Shown: positions 38,110 to 48,159 of the stretch, piece after piece | Layout: the number at the start of each line of letters is the position of its first letter | Numbering within the stretch: the first letter of the stretch is position 1 | DNA from: Terriglobia bacterium | Lineage (GTDB): Bacteria > Acidobacteriota > Terriglobia > 20CM-2-55-15 | Length of the DNA: 64,000 bases | NCBI GenBank assembly: GCA_963664115.2 | Contig: CAXWPJ010000006.1 | Location: 32,001 to 96,000, forward strand | Reading direction: 5' to 3' | Notes under the pieces: generated by a model | Told to the model about the DNA's origin: nothing | Database searches by the model: none | What the model saw: the letters and a program-made list of their open reading frames with translations, nothing else | Program-made: the position numbers and the translations under genes

Positions 38110-40845
38110 ATGCAGCGTACGGGACCTCCCTTGGTGTTGGGACATTCCAAACTCGGATATCCCCCTATGACTCTCATCACCGCAACCACTAGGCTGTCCC
38201 GCGAACTCCTCGGAGAATACGATCGGGAACAAATAGCCGCAGGCCTTTCATCGTGGCCGACCGCGCACATCCTGCCGTTGACTGCATGGCTGTCAGAGCT
38301 GTGGACGGCGTCGTCTTATTCCGGTTTAACGCCAAAGGGTTTGCGGCTGTTGCGTCCTTTAGAGGAAAGCGCGATCTGGGAAGACATCGTTCGTTCTGCT
38401 TCCAACAATCTGCTTCTCGAAGTGCCGGCTACGGCGAAAGCCGCTCTCAAGGCATGGAACCTTCGCTGCGGGTGGAACCTTCCCTTGGACGCGCCGGAGT
38501 GGAACGATTCTTCCGACTCCGAGGCCTTTCATCTCTGGGCCGGGGAGTTTACGCGTCGCTGTCTTGAGAACCGTTGGCTGTCGAGTGGCGAGTTGGCGGT
38601 GTTTATAGCGGACCGGATTGATGAGGGAGACATCGACGTTCCCGACCACATCGAGATCGCTGGTTTTTTCGAACCGACACCCGTCCAGAAGCGACTGTTC
38701 GATGCGCTTGCGCGCCGTGGTGGGGAAGTCGTGGAGCGCAAGCCGTGTGATTCCCCTGGCCATGCCGTCCGTATCGGGCTGATTGATAGTGAGCGCGAGA
38801 TCCGTGGGGCCGCTGCCTGGGCCCGCCACATACTGGAGAGCGATCCGGAGGCGGAGGCTTCAGAATTTCGGATCGGTGTTATCGTTCCCGACCTCGACGG
38901 ATGCCGCAGCCGCGTGGAGCGTATTTTTGCGGAAGAGTTCCATCCCCGGAGCCGCTTGCGGCCGGACCTGGATCCGGGTCGGCTCTTTAACATTTCGATG
39001 GGACTCCCTGTGGTTGAGTATCCCATCATCGACGCGACCTTTCTGATTCTCGGGATGGATCCCGAACAGATGCCTATCGAGTCCGCCGGCCCGTTTCTGC
39101 GATCCCCTTTCATTCGCGGCTCCGATCAGGAGTGGACTCAGAGAGCCGTGCTGGACAGGGAACTGCGGGCTTTGAGGGAACCTACAGTTTCGGCGGTGGA
39201 AGTGATGCGCCTGGCCGACAATGATGACGTCGGGTGTCGGTCTCCCCAATTAGCGACCCAACTCCGAGCGTGGGTGGAGAAATGTAAGAGCCTGGTTTCT
39301 GCCCAGATGCCCAGCGACTGGGCCGCCTCCGTGTCCGGTCTGCTTACGGCGATCGGGTGGCCCGGCGACGGCAGTCTCAAAAGCGCCGAGTATCAGACGA
39401 TGGAGGTCTGGAACGAACTGCTTTCCGAACTCGCGGGCCTGGACAGTGTTACGGGCCCGATATCGTTGGATGCTGCAGTGGGGATGCTCCACCGTCTGGC
39501 GTCGGGCCGCCAGTTTCAGCCCGAGTCCGATCCGGCGCCGGTTCAGATCCTGGGCGTGTTTGAATCTGCGGGTCTGAGGTTTGATCGGCTCTGGATTATG
39601 GGCATGCACGATGGTGCCTGGCCCGCTCCGGGCGGTCCCGATCCCTTCCTGCCGTTTCGTCTGCAACGGGGTCTCGATTTGCCGCATTCCGGGCCGGAGC
39701 GTGAACTGGAATTCACCGAGCTTCTCACAGGACGGATGCTGGGGAGTGCTCCCACGATTGTTGTTAGCCATCCCGAACGGGAGGACGACTCTGATCTGAG
39801 AGTCAGCCCGCTATTTGGCTCATTGCCCGAAGTGACTGTGGACGAGCTGGGACTGCCCGATTCCGCCCGCTACGCGGAACAGCTTTGGCGATCGTCCCGG
39901 ATCGAGACACTGGAAGATCACGACGGACCTGCATGGGGCGAGGCCGGGGCCGGCGGGGGAACCTCTCTGTTCAAGCTTCAGGGGACATGTCCCTTTAAAG
40001 CCTTCGCGACATTGCGACTCGGAGCGAGAGCCATGGCGTCCGCAGAGCCGGGATTGAGTGCGCTCGACCGGGGTCAACTGATGCACCGCGTTCTCGAGCG
40101 AATCTGGAACTCAATGGGGTCCCACAAGGAGTTGCTCGCTACCACAGAAGACCGTCTGGCGGCTTTGGTCCGGACGACGGTTGGCGCAGAAATTTACGAC
40201 CTGTCTGAACGCCGGCAGTCTCTGCGAAGACGACGTTTCGCTGCCATCGAACAAACACGCCTTGAGCGTGTCCTTACAGAATGGTTGAGCCTTGAGAAAC
40301 AACGGCAGCCTTTTACGGTGGTCGAACAGGAAGAAAGTCGCCGTGTGAACGTGGGGGGCGTCGACTTGCGTATCCGTGCGGACCGCGTGGATAGGCTCGA
40401 AGATGGGGAATTGGTCATCCTCGACTACAAGACCGGTGAGTGCAGCCCTTCAGACTGGGACGGACCTCGCCCCGACGATCCGCAACTTCCGATCTATGCG
40501 GTGTCCACCGATGCACCCATCGCAGCCGTGGTTTTCGGGAGGCTCAAAACCGGTAAAGTCGGCTTCCGGGGTTCGACCGACTCCGAGGGCATCGTGCCCG
40601 GCGTCAAGCCATCCCGTGGCGGGCTTTCATTGGAAGACACGATTGACGGTTGGAGTTTGGTCTTGAATCGACTCGGCGAGGATTTTCGAAACGGAAAAGC
40701 CACCGTCGATCCCAAAGACCGTCGCCAGAGCTGCCGGTACTGCGATCTTCCAACCCTTTGCCGGATCAACGAGGCCGGGCGATTCGAAGACGCTTCAGTA
40801 GCGGCCGATGTTCGTCCGGATCGCTCAGAGGGTGGCAATGACTGA
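38110..40845 (+). CDS. addB: AddB/RecC-like DNA repair protein with C-terminal PD-(D/E)XK nuclease
   Basis: CPFKAF, RADRVD, ILDYKTG, QLPIY, C.YC...LC Fe-S motif; start uncertain; overlaps the helicase gene. Confidence 0.75.
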   Translation: MQRTGPPLVLGHSKLGYPPMTLITATTRLSRELLGEYDREQIAAGLSSWPTAHILPLTAWLSELWTASSYSGLTPKGLRLLRPLEESAIWEDIVRSASNNLLLEVPATAKAALKAWNLRCGWNLPLDAPEWNDSSDSEAFHLWAGEFTRRCLENRWLSSGELAVFIADRIDEGDIDVPDHIEIAGFFEPTPVQKRLFDALARRGGEVVERKPCDSPGHAVRIGLIDSEREIRGAAAWARHILESDPEAEASEFRIGVIVPDLDGCRSRVERIFAEEFHPRSRLRPDLDPGRLFNISMGLPVVEYPIIDATFLILGMDPEQMPIESAGPFLRSPFIRGSDQEWTQRAVLDRELRALREPTVSAVEVMRLADNDDVGCRSPQLATQLRAWVEKCKSLVSAQMPSDWAASVSGLLTAIGWPGDGSLKSAEYQTMEVWNELLSELAGLDSVTGPISLDAAVGMLHRLASGRQFQPESDPAPVQILGVFESAGLRFDRLWIMGMHDGAWPAPGGPDPFLPFRLQRGLDLPHSGPERELEFTELLTGRMLGSAPTIVVSHPEREDDSDLRVSPLFGSLPEVTVDELGLPDSARYAEQLWRSSRIETLEDHDGPAWGEAGAGGGTSLFKLQGTCPFKAFATLRLGARAMASAEPGLSALDRGQLMHRVLERIWNSMGSHKELLATTEDRLAALVRTTVGAEIYDLSERRQSLRRRRFAAIEQTRLERVLTEWLSLEKQRQPFTVVEQEESRRVNVGGVDLRIRADRVDRLEDGELVILDYKTGECSPSDWDGPRPDDPQLPIYAVSTDAPIAAVVFGRLKTGKVGFRGSTDSEGIVPGVKPSRGGLSLEDTIDGWSLVLNRLGEDFRNGKATVDPKDRRQSCRYCDLPTLCRINEAGRFEDASVAADVRPDRSEGGND

Positions 40846-43800
40846 GCGCGGCCAGGACCGTGTGCAGGACCCTGTGCAGGACCCTGTGAAGGACGAGGCC
40901 CAACGGCGTCGGGCACTGGAATATTCCCGGTCATTCATCGTGCAGGCGCCGGCCGGGTCCGGGAAGACCGAACTTCTGATCCAGCGCTTTCTGAACTTGC
41001 TGGGGAGAGTGGATCAACCCGAAGCCATCGTGGCCATTACATTTACGCGGAAAGCGGCGGCTGAAATGCGCTACCGCGTGATTGCAGCTCTCGATGCCGC
41101 GGCAGAGCCGGCGCCGGATTCGCCCCACGAAAAACATACATGGTCGCTTGCCGTCAAGGCCCTCGCCCGCAACGACACCTACAATTGGCGTTTGACCGAG
41201 CATCCGGCGCGGCTTCGAATTCAGACCATCGATGCCTTGTGCGCGACCCTCGTTCGGCAAATGCCCTGGGTGTCCCGCATGGGCGCTGCACCTCAGCCTG
41301 AAGCGGACGTGGCGCACTTATACCGTCAGGCGGCCAGCGATACGATTTCGATGCTGGACTCCGAAGAGCCCCCCGACCGGGTGTCCGGTGCGTTATCGAG
41401 GCTTCTCTCCCACCTGGACAACAACGTTGGCACGGTCGAAAAACTGCTTGCCACGATGCTCGGGAGGCGCGACCAGTGGTTACGGCATGTGGTCGGCAAC
41501 GTTGATTCCGCGGGTCTTAGGAACGCAATCGAGTCGGCGCTCACAGGAGTGATCGAGGCCGATCTTAAGCAGTTTGAAAACTCGTTTCCTGACGAGTTCA
41601 AGGGAGAGACGATAGCGCTGGTCCGGTTTGCGGGGGAGAACCTCCGACGAGATGGAAGCTCGAGCGTCCTGACTGCCTGCGCCGAACTTACGGACTTTCC
41701 CGGTGTTGTCCTCGACGCTCTGCCTCATTGGTTGGGGCTCGCGGAGATGTTTCTCACGGGGAAGGGAACACGGCGTCTTCGACTGACGAAGGCGCAGGGA
41801 TTTCCCCCGACCGATGCAGGTCGTGCGGGGAAGGATCGCCTGGAGGCGATCGAACTTGATCCCGCAGTGATGGACAGGCTGCACCAGTTGAGGTCCTTAC
41901 CGCCCCCTCGATTCGGTGAGGCGCAATGGGACTTGTTGGGCGCCCTGATGCGCCTGCTGCCTGTGGCCGTCGCTCAGCTGCAGCTGGTATTTCAGGCAGA
42001 GGGCCGAGTGGACTTCACAGAGATTGCGATGGGGGCGCGCATCGCCCTGGGAACGGAGGACAATCCCACCGACCTCGCCTTTGCCCTCGATTGCCGCATC
42101 CAACATTTGCTTGTCGACGAGTTTCAGGACACATCCCAGAGTCAGTACGAGTTCCTGAGACGGCTGACCGGGGAGTGGCAGAGCGGCGACGGTCGAACCT
42201 TGTTCCTTGTTGGCGATCCGATGCAATCCATTTATGGTTTTCGGGAAGCGGATGTCGGCCTGTTTCTGCGGGCCTGGACCGACGGTATGGGAGCCATCGC
42301 TCTGACACCCATCACGCTCTCGGTGAACTTCCGTTCCAGTGCGGGAATTGTGGAGTGGGTGAACGGTACCTTCGCTCAGGCTTTTCCCGATAGCGAGGAC
42401 ACTTACACCGGAGCGGTGACCTACGCGCCTTCAGTGCCGTTTAAGCCCCAAGCCAGCGGCCGGGCTGTCAGCATGCACCCGTTTTTTGAGAGCGATCCCG
42501 AACCGGAAGCCGAACGGGTCCTTGAAGTTATTAGAGACTCTCAGACCGCGAACCCCGACCGAAGCCTCGCCGTCCTGGTGCGTTCACGCTCTCACCTGTT
42601 CAGCATCGTTCGGTCTCTTCGGAGGGCAGGAAAGAAGTTTCGCGCCGTGGAGATCGACGCTTTAGGAGAGCGTCCGGTCGTTCAGGACTTGCTGGCCCTG
42701 ACCCGCGCTCTGGCGCATCCGGCGGACCGGGTGGCCTGGCTGGCTGTTCTTCGAGCCCCCTGGTGTGGCCTCACGCTGGCCGATCTTGAGTCTCTTGTTC
42801 ATGGCGATGTTTCGTCGACGATATGGGATGTCATCAAGAACCCGGACCGGGTCGAGCGACTGTCATCGGATGGCAGATTCCGGTTGGAACGCGTGATCCC
42901 TGTACTCTCCGACGCCGTAGTGCGGCGAGGAACGCTGCCGGTGCGGCGCTGGGTTGAGGGCGTGTGGATCGCCCTGGGCGGTCCGGCCTGTCTCGGCAGT
43001 CGCACCGAGCTTGAAGACGGGGCAGCCTATCTGGATCTGCTTGAACAGTCCCTCGACGGCATGGACATTAGCAACGAGAGAAAATTTGCCGAGGATGTGG
43101 CGCGGCTTTTTGCTCCGCCCGATGTCGAAGCCGGTGACGATCTGCAGTTGCTCACAATCCACAAGGCAAAAGGGCTGGAATTCGATACGGTCATTCTGCC
43201 GGGCCTGGGGCGCCGTACACGGGGGGACGATCAAAGTCTGCTGATGTGGCTCGAGTATCTGGATTCGGGCGAACCCCGTCTTCTGCTGGCGCCGGTCCAT
43301 GAGGTGGGCGGTGACAGGGACCCGGTGTATGAGTACCTGAGGAAGGTTCACGGAGTGAAAAGCGATCACGAGAGCACGCGGCTGCTGTATGTGGCCGCGA
43401 CGCGGACCCGAACGCACCTGCACCTGCTGGGACATGTCCGGCTGGATCGGGACGGGGCGGGCTTCGAAGCACCCGATCGGCGGGCCTTGTTAGGAAAGAT
43501 TTGGCCGGTGGTTGAAGCGGAATTTGCCGAGGTGTTAAAGGGGAAGGGACCCGGGACAGCCATTGGGGACGTTTCCGGGGGCTCGGTGCCGAGCGGCGTC
43601 CCCTTGAGGCGCCTCCATATCGATTGGGAACCCGTTACGGGGCCCGAAGACATCCGCTGGAAACCGGCCGCAAGCTACACCGAACCTGAAGCGGCTGCGG
43701 TCCATCAGCCGGTTTTTATGTGGGCCACGGAACTTCAGCGTCGCGTCGGAATCGTTGTGCACCGCATCCTGCAACAGATGTCGGCTCCTGACCGCCTGGG

Positions 43801-44242
43801 CTGGGGTGAGGAATCGCTTCGGATCGCTCTCAAGTCCGAGGGCCTGGACGGTGACAAACTTGCCGAGGCAGCCAGTCGCGTGACTCGATCGCTCGAGCAT
43901 GTCGTGAGCGATGAACGAGGACGCTGGATTCTTTCCGCTCACGAGGATGACAGCCGGGAGCTTGCGATTTCGACCGTCGTTGACGGTCGGGTGCGCCGTT
44001 TCATATTAGATAGAACTTTCGTGGACGGCCCGACGCGATGGATCATCGACTACAAGACCAGTACGCATGAAGGTGGTGGGCGTGAGGCGTTCCTGGATAA
44101 CGAGCAGGAGCGCTATCGCGCGCAGTTGGAAAATTACGCGCGAGCTATGCAGCACATCGACTCACATACTATCCGCCTGGGCTTGTATTTTCCCATGCTC
44201 GGGGGATGGAGGGAGTGGGCCTTTCCCAACACGGGGTCCTGA
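40838..44242 (+). CDS. addA: AddA/RecB-like UvrD helicase-nuclease
   Basis: APAGSGKT, ITFTRKAA, VDEFQDTS, VGDPMQSIY, TIHKAKGLE, LYVAATR, IIDYKT. Confidence 0.85.
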   Translation: MTERGQDRVQDPVQDPVKDEAQRRRALEYSRSFIVQAPAGSGKTELLIQRFLNLLGRVDQPEAIVAITFTRKAAAEMRYRVIAALDAAAEPAPDSPHEKHTWSLAVKALARNDTYNWRLTEHPARLRIQTIDALCATLVRQMPWVSRMGAAPQPEADVAHLYRQAASDTISMLDSEEPPDRVSGALSRLLSHLDNNVGTVEKLLATMLGRRDQWLRHVVGNVDSAGLRNAIESALTGVIEADLKQFENSFPDEFKGETIALVRFAGENLRRDGSSSVLTACAELTDFPGVVLDALPHWLGLAEMFLTGKGTRRLRLTKAQGFPPTDAGRAGKDRLEAIELDPAVMDRLHQLRSLPPPRFGEAQWDLLGALMRLLPVAVAQLQLVFQAEGRVDFTEIAMGARIALGTEDNPTDLAFALDCRIQHLLVDEFQDTSQSQYEFLRRLTGEWQSGDGRTLFLVGDPMQSIYGFREADVGLFLRAWTDGMGAIALTPITLSVNFRSSAGIVEWVNGTFAQAFPDSEDTYTGAVTYAPSVPFKPQASGRAVSMHPFFESDPEPEAERVLEVIRDSQTANPDRSLAVLVRSRSHLFSIVRSLRRAGKKFRAVEIDALGERPVVQDLLALTRALAHPADRVAWLAVLRAPWCGLTLADLESLVHGDVSSTIWDVIKNPDRVERLSSDGRFRLERVIPVLSDAVVRRGTLPVRRWVEGVWIALGGPACLGSRTELEDGAAYLDLLEQSLDGMDISNERKFAEDVARLFAPPDVEAGDDLQLLTIHKAKGLEFDTVILPGLGRRTRGDDQSLLMWLEYLDSGEPRLLLAPVHEVGGDRDPVYEYLRKVHGVKSDHESTRLLYVAATRTRTHLHLLGHVRLDRDGAGFEAPDRRALLGKIWPVVEAEFAEVLKGKGPGTAIGDVSGGSVPSGVPLRRLHIDWEPVTGPEDIRWKPAASYTEPEAAAVHQPVFMWATELQRRVGIVVHRILQQMSAPDRLGWGEESLRIALKSEGLDGDKLAEAASRVTRSLEHVVSDERGRWILSAHEDDSRELAISTVVDGRVRRFILDRTFVDGPTRWIIDYKTSTHEGGGREAFLDNEQERYRAQLENYARAMQHIDSHTIRLGLYFPMLGGWREWAFPNTGS

Positions 44243-44253
44243 ATCTAACTCTG

Positions 44254-44766
44254 ATGTCGCAGTGGGTTCCAGCTCTGTCTATGGCCGTATTCGTAGCGAC
44301 CATTCCGCTTCTGTGGGTCTTTCGAATTCTTACAGATCTGCCCCAAGCCCTCGTGTTGTCGCACGGCCAATGGCCTCGGTGGGCGAACTTTTTCCTGATT
44401 GGATTGATTACCGCAAATGTGACCGTGTTCATACATGGAATGTACGACGGCGGCACCGGCGAACCTCTCAGTTTCGCGCTGCGCTTCGTGATTTCGAGTG
44501 TGATTTATTTTTTCGGTTTCGTTTTCATCATCCGCCAGTTCGCGGGACTTTATCCTGAGTTCTTTGTTACGGCGGGACGCACAGGGTTCGGCATTCGGAA
44601 AGCGCTTTACAGAAACATAATCGACCTGGACGAGGAATCTGCGTCTCGAAACGAAACCCGGTTACGCATACACATGAGAAGCGGAGAGTGGCTTCATTTG
44701 ACCTTGCCCACCCGGCACCTGTCCGTCTTCCACAAGGCGCTCGAAGACAACCAACCCGAACTCTGA
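44254..44766 (+). CDS. membrane protein, hypothetical
   Basis: About three hydrophobic segments and a soluble C-terminal domain. Confidence 0.65.
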   Translation: MSQWVPALSMAVFVATIPLLWVFRILTDLPQALVLSHGQWPRWANFFLIGLITANVTVFIHGMYDGGTGEPLSFALRFVISSVIYFFGFVFIIRQFAGLYPEFFVTAGRTGFGIRKALYRNIIDLDEESASRNETRLRIHMRSGEWLHLTLPTRHLSVFHKALEDNQPEL

Positions 44767-45015
44767 AGAGGATTGAGGTGACCTGCCCGGTGACTGTTCC
44801 TGCCATGTACGAGGTTTCTTGACTTCGGAGACAATGCTTCATATCTTCGAGGCGCCCATTTGAACAATTAGAGATTGCCCGGGCTGTGGATACGGTTTCA
44901 CGGCGTTGACACCCCACGGAGGGGTGTCGCTGCGAGTCACAATGTACGTGCTACTGAAGTGTCAGACCCGTGAATTGCACACTATGTTTCCAACTCTCCA
45001 TCGAGGTTAAACGCT

Positions 45016-45885
45016 ATGAGGCGAATACGTCTGTCTGTTTGGATATGCGCCATGATTGTCATTGGGGTCACGGTGGCCGAGGCCGAAGGGCAAGAAGCTG
45101 ATGCAGCGATGTTCAACACCGTAAAGCAGAAGCTGGCCGGCGGCCAGCAGGTCGTTGGAGGCACGATCAGTACAGCGGATCCTGACATCTACTGCGCGAT
45201 GGCCAGTGCGGGTTTCGATTTCCTCTGGATCGAGATGCAGCACAGTCCTATGACGTACACGGATGTCGCCCGCATGATCCGAGTCTGCCCTGGACCGGCC
45301 GTTCCCTTCATTCGGGTGCCCGATGCCACTGAAGGGGATATCCAGAAAGCCACCGACATTGGAGCTCTGGGAATCATCATCCCCATGGTGGACAGTGTCG
45401 AGAAGGTAGAGAATGCGATTACTTTTGCGAAGTATCCGCCTATTGGAAAGCGCAGCCAGGGAGGCGGGCAGTACAGAACCCTTTGGGGTCAGAGTTATCG
45501 CCAGGCGGCTAACGACAACATCATGATCGTGGCCATGATAGAAAACCCTGCTGGCGCAGCCATCGCCGATCAGATCGCCAACATACCGGGCGTGGACGTC
45601 GTGTTTGCCGCCAGCTCCGACCTGGGAAGTTTTTCCGGCTTGCGACAGGGAGATCCCGGATACGAAGCGCTGGTTACCCGGATCAAGGACGCGACAGCGG
45701 AGGCTGGACGCAAGCTGGGCGGTCCCGTGGCCTGGAAAGACACACGGGAAGGCTACAGCTTCTTTCAGGGACCCAGCGCGACGGCACTGGTCCAAACAGG
45801 TGCCAGGGTATTGCTGGGTAACCTCACCGACGCGGATCGCTCACCCACAGGAGTCGCTCCGATCGAAGGCGAAGAACGCAACTGA
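45016..45885 (+). CDS. HpcH/HpaI aldolase-family protein with signal peptide
   Basis: GFDFLWIEMQH, DIGALGIIIP, YPPIGKRS, MIE, DL. Confidence 0.85.
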   Translation: MRRIRLSVWICAMIVIGVTVAEAEGQEADAAMFNTVKQKLAGGQQVVGGTISTADPDIYCAMASAGFDFLWIEMQHSPMTYTDVARMIRVCPGPAVPFIRVPDATEGDIQKATDIGALGIIIPMVDSVEKVENAITFAKYPPIGKRSQGGGQYRTLWGQSYRQAANDNIMIVAMIENPAGAAIADQIANIPGVDVVFAASSDLGSFSGLRQGDPGYEALVTRIKDATAEAGRKLGGPVAWKDTREGYSFFQGPSATALVQTGARVLLGNLTDADRSPTGVAPIEGEERN

Positions 45886-45969
45886 TCGCCATTTCCTGCC
45901 CTGGACCGCTACGATTGGTGCGGCGTGACTCGAACGGACCTCGACGCACCCGCCAGGAAGATTTAACCG

Positions 45970-46039
45970 AGAGACGCTGAGGTCGCAGAGGCCGCAATGA
46001 AGCACTTATAAAAAGATCCTCTGCGACCTCCGCGTCTCT
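45970..46039. repeat. intergenic long hairpin (REP-like)
   Basis: AGAGACGCTGAGGTCGCAGAGG ... CCTCTGCGACCTCCGCGTCTCT. Confidence 0.7.
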
Positions 46040-46158
46040 GCGCTGAGTTTTAATCTCGCCCGTAAAGCCTGTCCTTAGTGCATACTAGAAGGATTACTCT
46101 GATGAGGTGTAATCGCTGATTGTTGCGTACACACGCGATCAGATTTAAAGGAGACGAA

Positions 46159-47103
46159 GTGGCGATACCGAATTACGCGTTCTTTAAAGGCCACATCGTT
46201 CCTTACGGCGAAGCGAAGGTTGGAGTCCTGACACACGCCCTGAATTACGGGACGGGTGTTTTTGGCGGACTTCGCGGCTACTGGAACGATGAGGAAGAGC
46301 AACTGTTCATTTTCCGTCCGGAGGATCACTACCGGCGCTTCCTACAGTCAGCGAAATTGCTATGTATGGAGCTTCCCTACGCGCTCGAGGATCTGGTCGA
46401 AGCCACCCGAGAGCTATTGCGGAAGGAAGACTTCAGGCAGGACTGCTACATTCGCCCGCTAGGATTCGTATCGGACGAGATTATTGGAGTGCGTCTGCAA
46501 GACTTGAACGCTGAGCTATCCATCGTTGCGATTCCCTTCGGCCTATATGTCGAAAACGATGAAGGGGCACACGTGACCGTTTCCTCGTGGAGACGCGTCG
46601 ACGACAACGCCATACCTGCGAGAGGGAAGATCTCCGGTACTTATGTCAATTCCGCGCTGGTCAAGACCGATGCCGAACGGTCCGGCTTCGATGAAGCCAT
46701 CGTTCTGAACGCGGACGGACATATTTCAGAGGGTTCTGCGGCGAACGTCTTTCTCGTCAGGGACGGGAAAGTGATCACGCCTCCCGTTACCGATAACATT
46801 CTGGAAGGCATTGTGCGCCGCACACTCATTCAGTTGTTGGCAGATGAAATGGGTGTGGAGGTCGTTGAAAGATCCGTTGACCGGACCGAATTGCTTGTTG
46901 CCGATGAGGCTTTCTTTGCCGGAACCGGCATGCAGATGACGGCGATTACCAGAGTCGATCATCGTCCGGTGGGTTCGGGACTGATGGGGCCACTCACGCG
47001 CGACCTCAGGGAACTGTTTTACCGAGTCGTGCGTGGGCGCGAGGCGAAATACCGCGAGTGGTGTGCACCCGTTTTTGCAGCCGACCGCGCGCCGGCCCAT
47101 TAG
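46159..47103 (+). CDS. ilvE: branched-chain amino acid aminotransferase
   Basis: HALNYGTGVFGG, YIRP, GKISGTYVNS, EGSAANVF, ILEGIVR; GTG start after AAGGAG. Confidence 0.9.
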   Translation: MAIPNYAFFKGHIVPYGEAKVGVLTHALNYGTGVFGGLRGYWNDEEEQLFIFRPEDHYRRFLQSAKLLCMELPYALEDLVEATRELLRKEDFRQDCYIRPLGFVSDEIIGVRLQDLNAELSIVAIPFGLYVENDEGAHVTVSSWRRVDDNAIPARGKISGTYVNSALVKTDAERSGFDEAIVLNADGHISEGSAANVFLVRDGKVITPPVTDNILEGIVRRTLIQLLADEMGVEVVERSVDRTELLVADEAFFAGTGMQMTAITRVDHRPVGSGLMGPLTRDLRELFYRVVRGREAKYREWCAPVFAADRAPAH

Positions 47104-47124
47104 TCGTTTCGAGCGTTCAGCGAG

Positions 47125-47158
47125 AAACCCGGAGGAAGTCCTCCGGGTTTTACTTTTT
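47125..47158 (+). terminator. intrinsic terminator between convergent ilvE and gpmA
   Basis: AAACCCGGAGG-AAGT-CCTCCGGGTTT followed by TACTTTTT. Confidence 0.8.
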
Positions 47159-47202
47159 CGAGCTGGGTAATCCGCGTAATCGACGGCAAAATCTGATCTG
47201 CT

Positions 47203-47958
47203 TCAGGCCGTGCGATCCGTGGCGGTCTGATCAGCCACGGCCTGAGCGGCCTTTCGAACCGCATCCGGGTCCCCCAGATAGAAACTCCGAATCGGCTTCA
47301 GATTGTCCTCGAGTTCATAGACAAGCGGGATTCCAGTTGGGATGTTGAGGTCGACGATGTCTTTTTCAGGGACGTCGTCGAGATACTTCACCAGGGCGCG
47401 CAGGCTGTTGCCGTGTGAAGCGATCAGGATTTGCTTCCCGGCCTCAAGTTCCGGAACGACGCTTTCATGCCAGTAAGGCAAGACACGATCAACCGTGAGC
47501 TTGAGGCTTTCGGTGAGAGGGATTTCCTCGGGCCCCAGGCTCTGGTAGCGGGCGTCACGTCCCGGGTTGCGATCGTCGGCGGGTTCCAGCGCCGGTGGAG
47601 GAACGTCGTAGCTGCGTCGCCAGATCTGTACCTGCTCCGATCCGTGCTTCTCGACCGTTTCCATCTTATTGAGGCCCTGAAGGTTGCCGTAGTGTCTTTC
47701 GTTCAATCGCCAGGAACGTTCCACCGGAATCCACATGCGGTCCATCTCCTCAAGGGCCAGCCACAATGTTTTTATCGCGCGCTTCAACACGGAGGTAAAA
47801 GCCATATCGACGGGATATTCGGCGGCTTTGATGAGGCGCCCAGCTTTGCGGGCCTCTTCCACTCCCTTGCTCGTAAGCGGGACGTCGGTCCAACCCGTAA
47901 AAAGATTGGCTTCGTTCCACGTGCTCTGGCCGTGGCGTAAAAGAATCAGTGTGCGCAT
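47203..47958 (-). CDS. gpmA: 2,3-bisphosphoglycerate-dependent phosphoglycerate mutase
   Basis: [45 protein letters not shown]. Confidence 0.95.
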   Translation of the reverse strand: MRTLILLRHGQSTWNEANLFTGWTDVPLTSKGVEEARKAGRLIKAAEYPVDMAFTSVLKRAIKTLWLALEEMDRMWIPVERSWRLNERHYGNLQGLNKMETVEKHGSEQVQIWRRSYDVPPPALEPADDRNPGRDARYQSLGPEEIPLTESLKLTVDRVLPYWHESVVPELEAGKQILIASHGNSLRALVKYLDDVPEKDIVDLNIPTGIPLVYELEDNLKPIRSFYLGDPDAVRKAAQAVADQTATDRTA

Positions 47959-48159
47959 AGTTGTCTGGAAGCGGGTGCGAAGAAGTTAACCGTTATGAGC
48001 GGGCAATCGAGGCCACCCCTCAGAACTCGATACTTTTGACTCTCAAGGTGTCTTAAAGGGGCGCATTCGGCGCCCATCTGTGTCCCGACACCAGTGTAAC
48101 ATTTCGCGTATTGTCGGACCGGACCAGTCCTGACCGGCTTTTCCTGTAAGACTAATAAT

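Noticed and set aside
40854-40895. 3 x 12-bp repeat (QDRV-QDPV-QDPV) at the AddA N-terminus
   Set aside because: Short in-frame slippage repeat with no evident significance.
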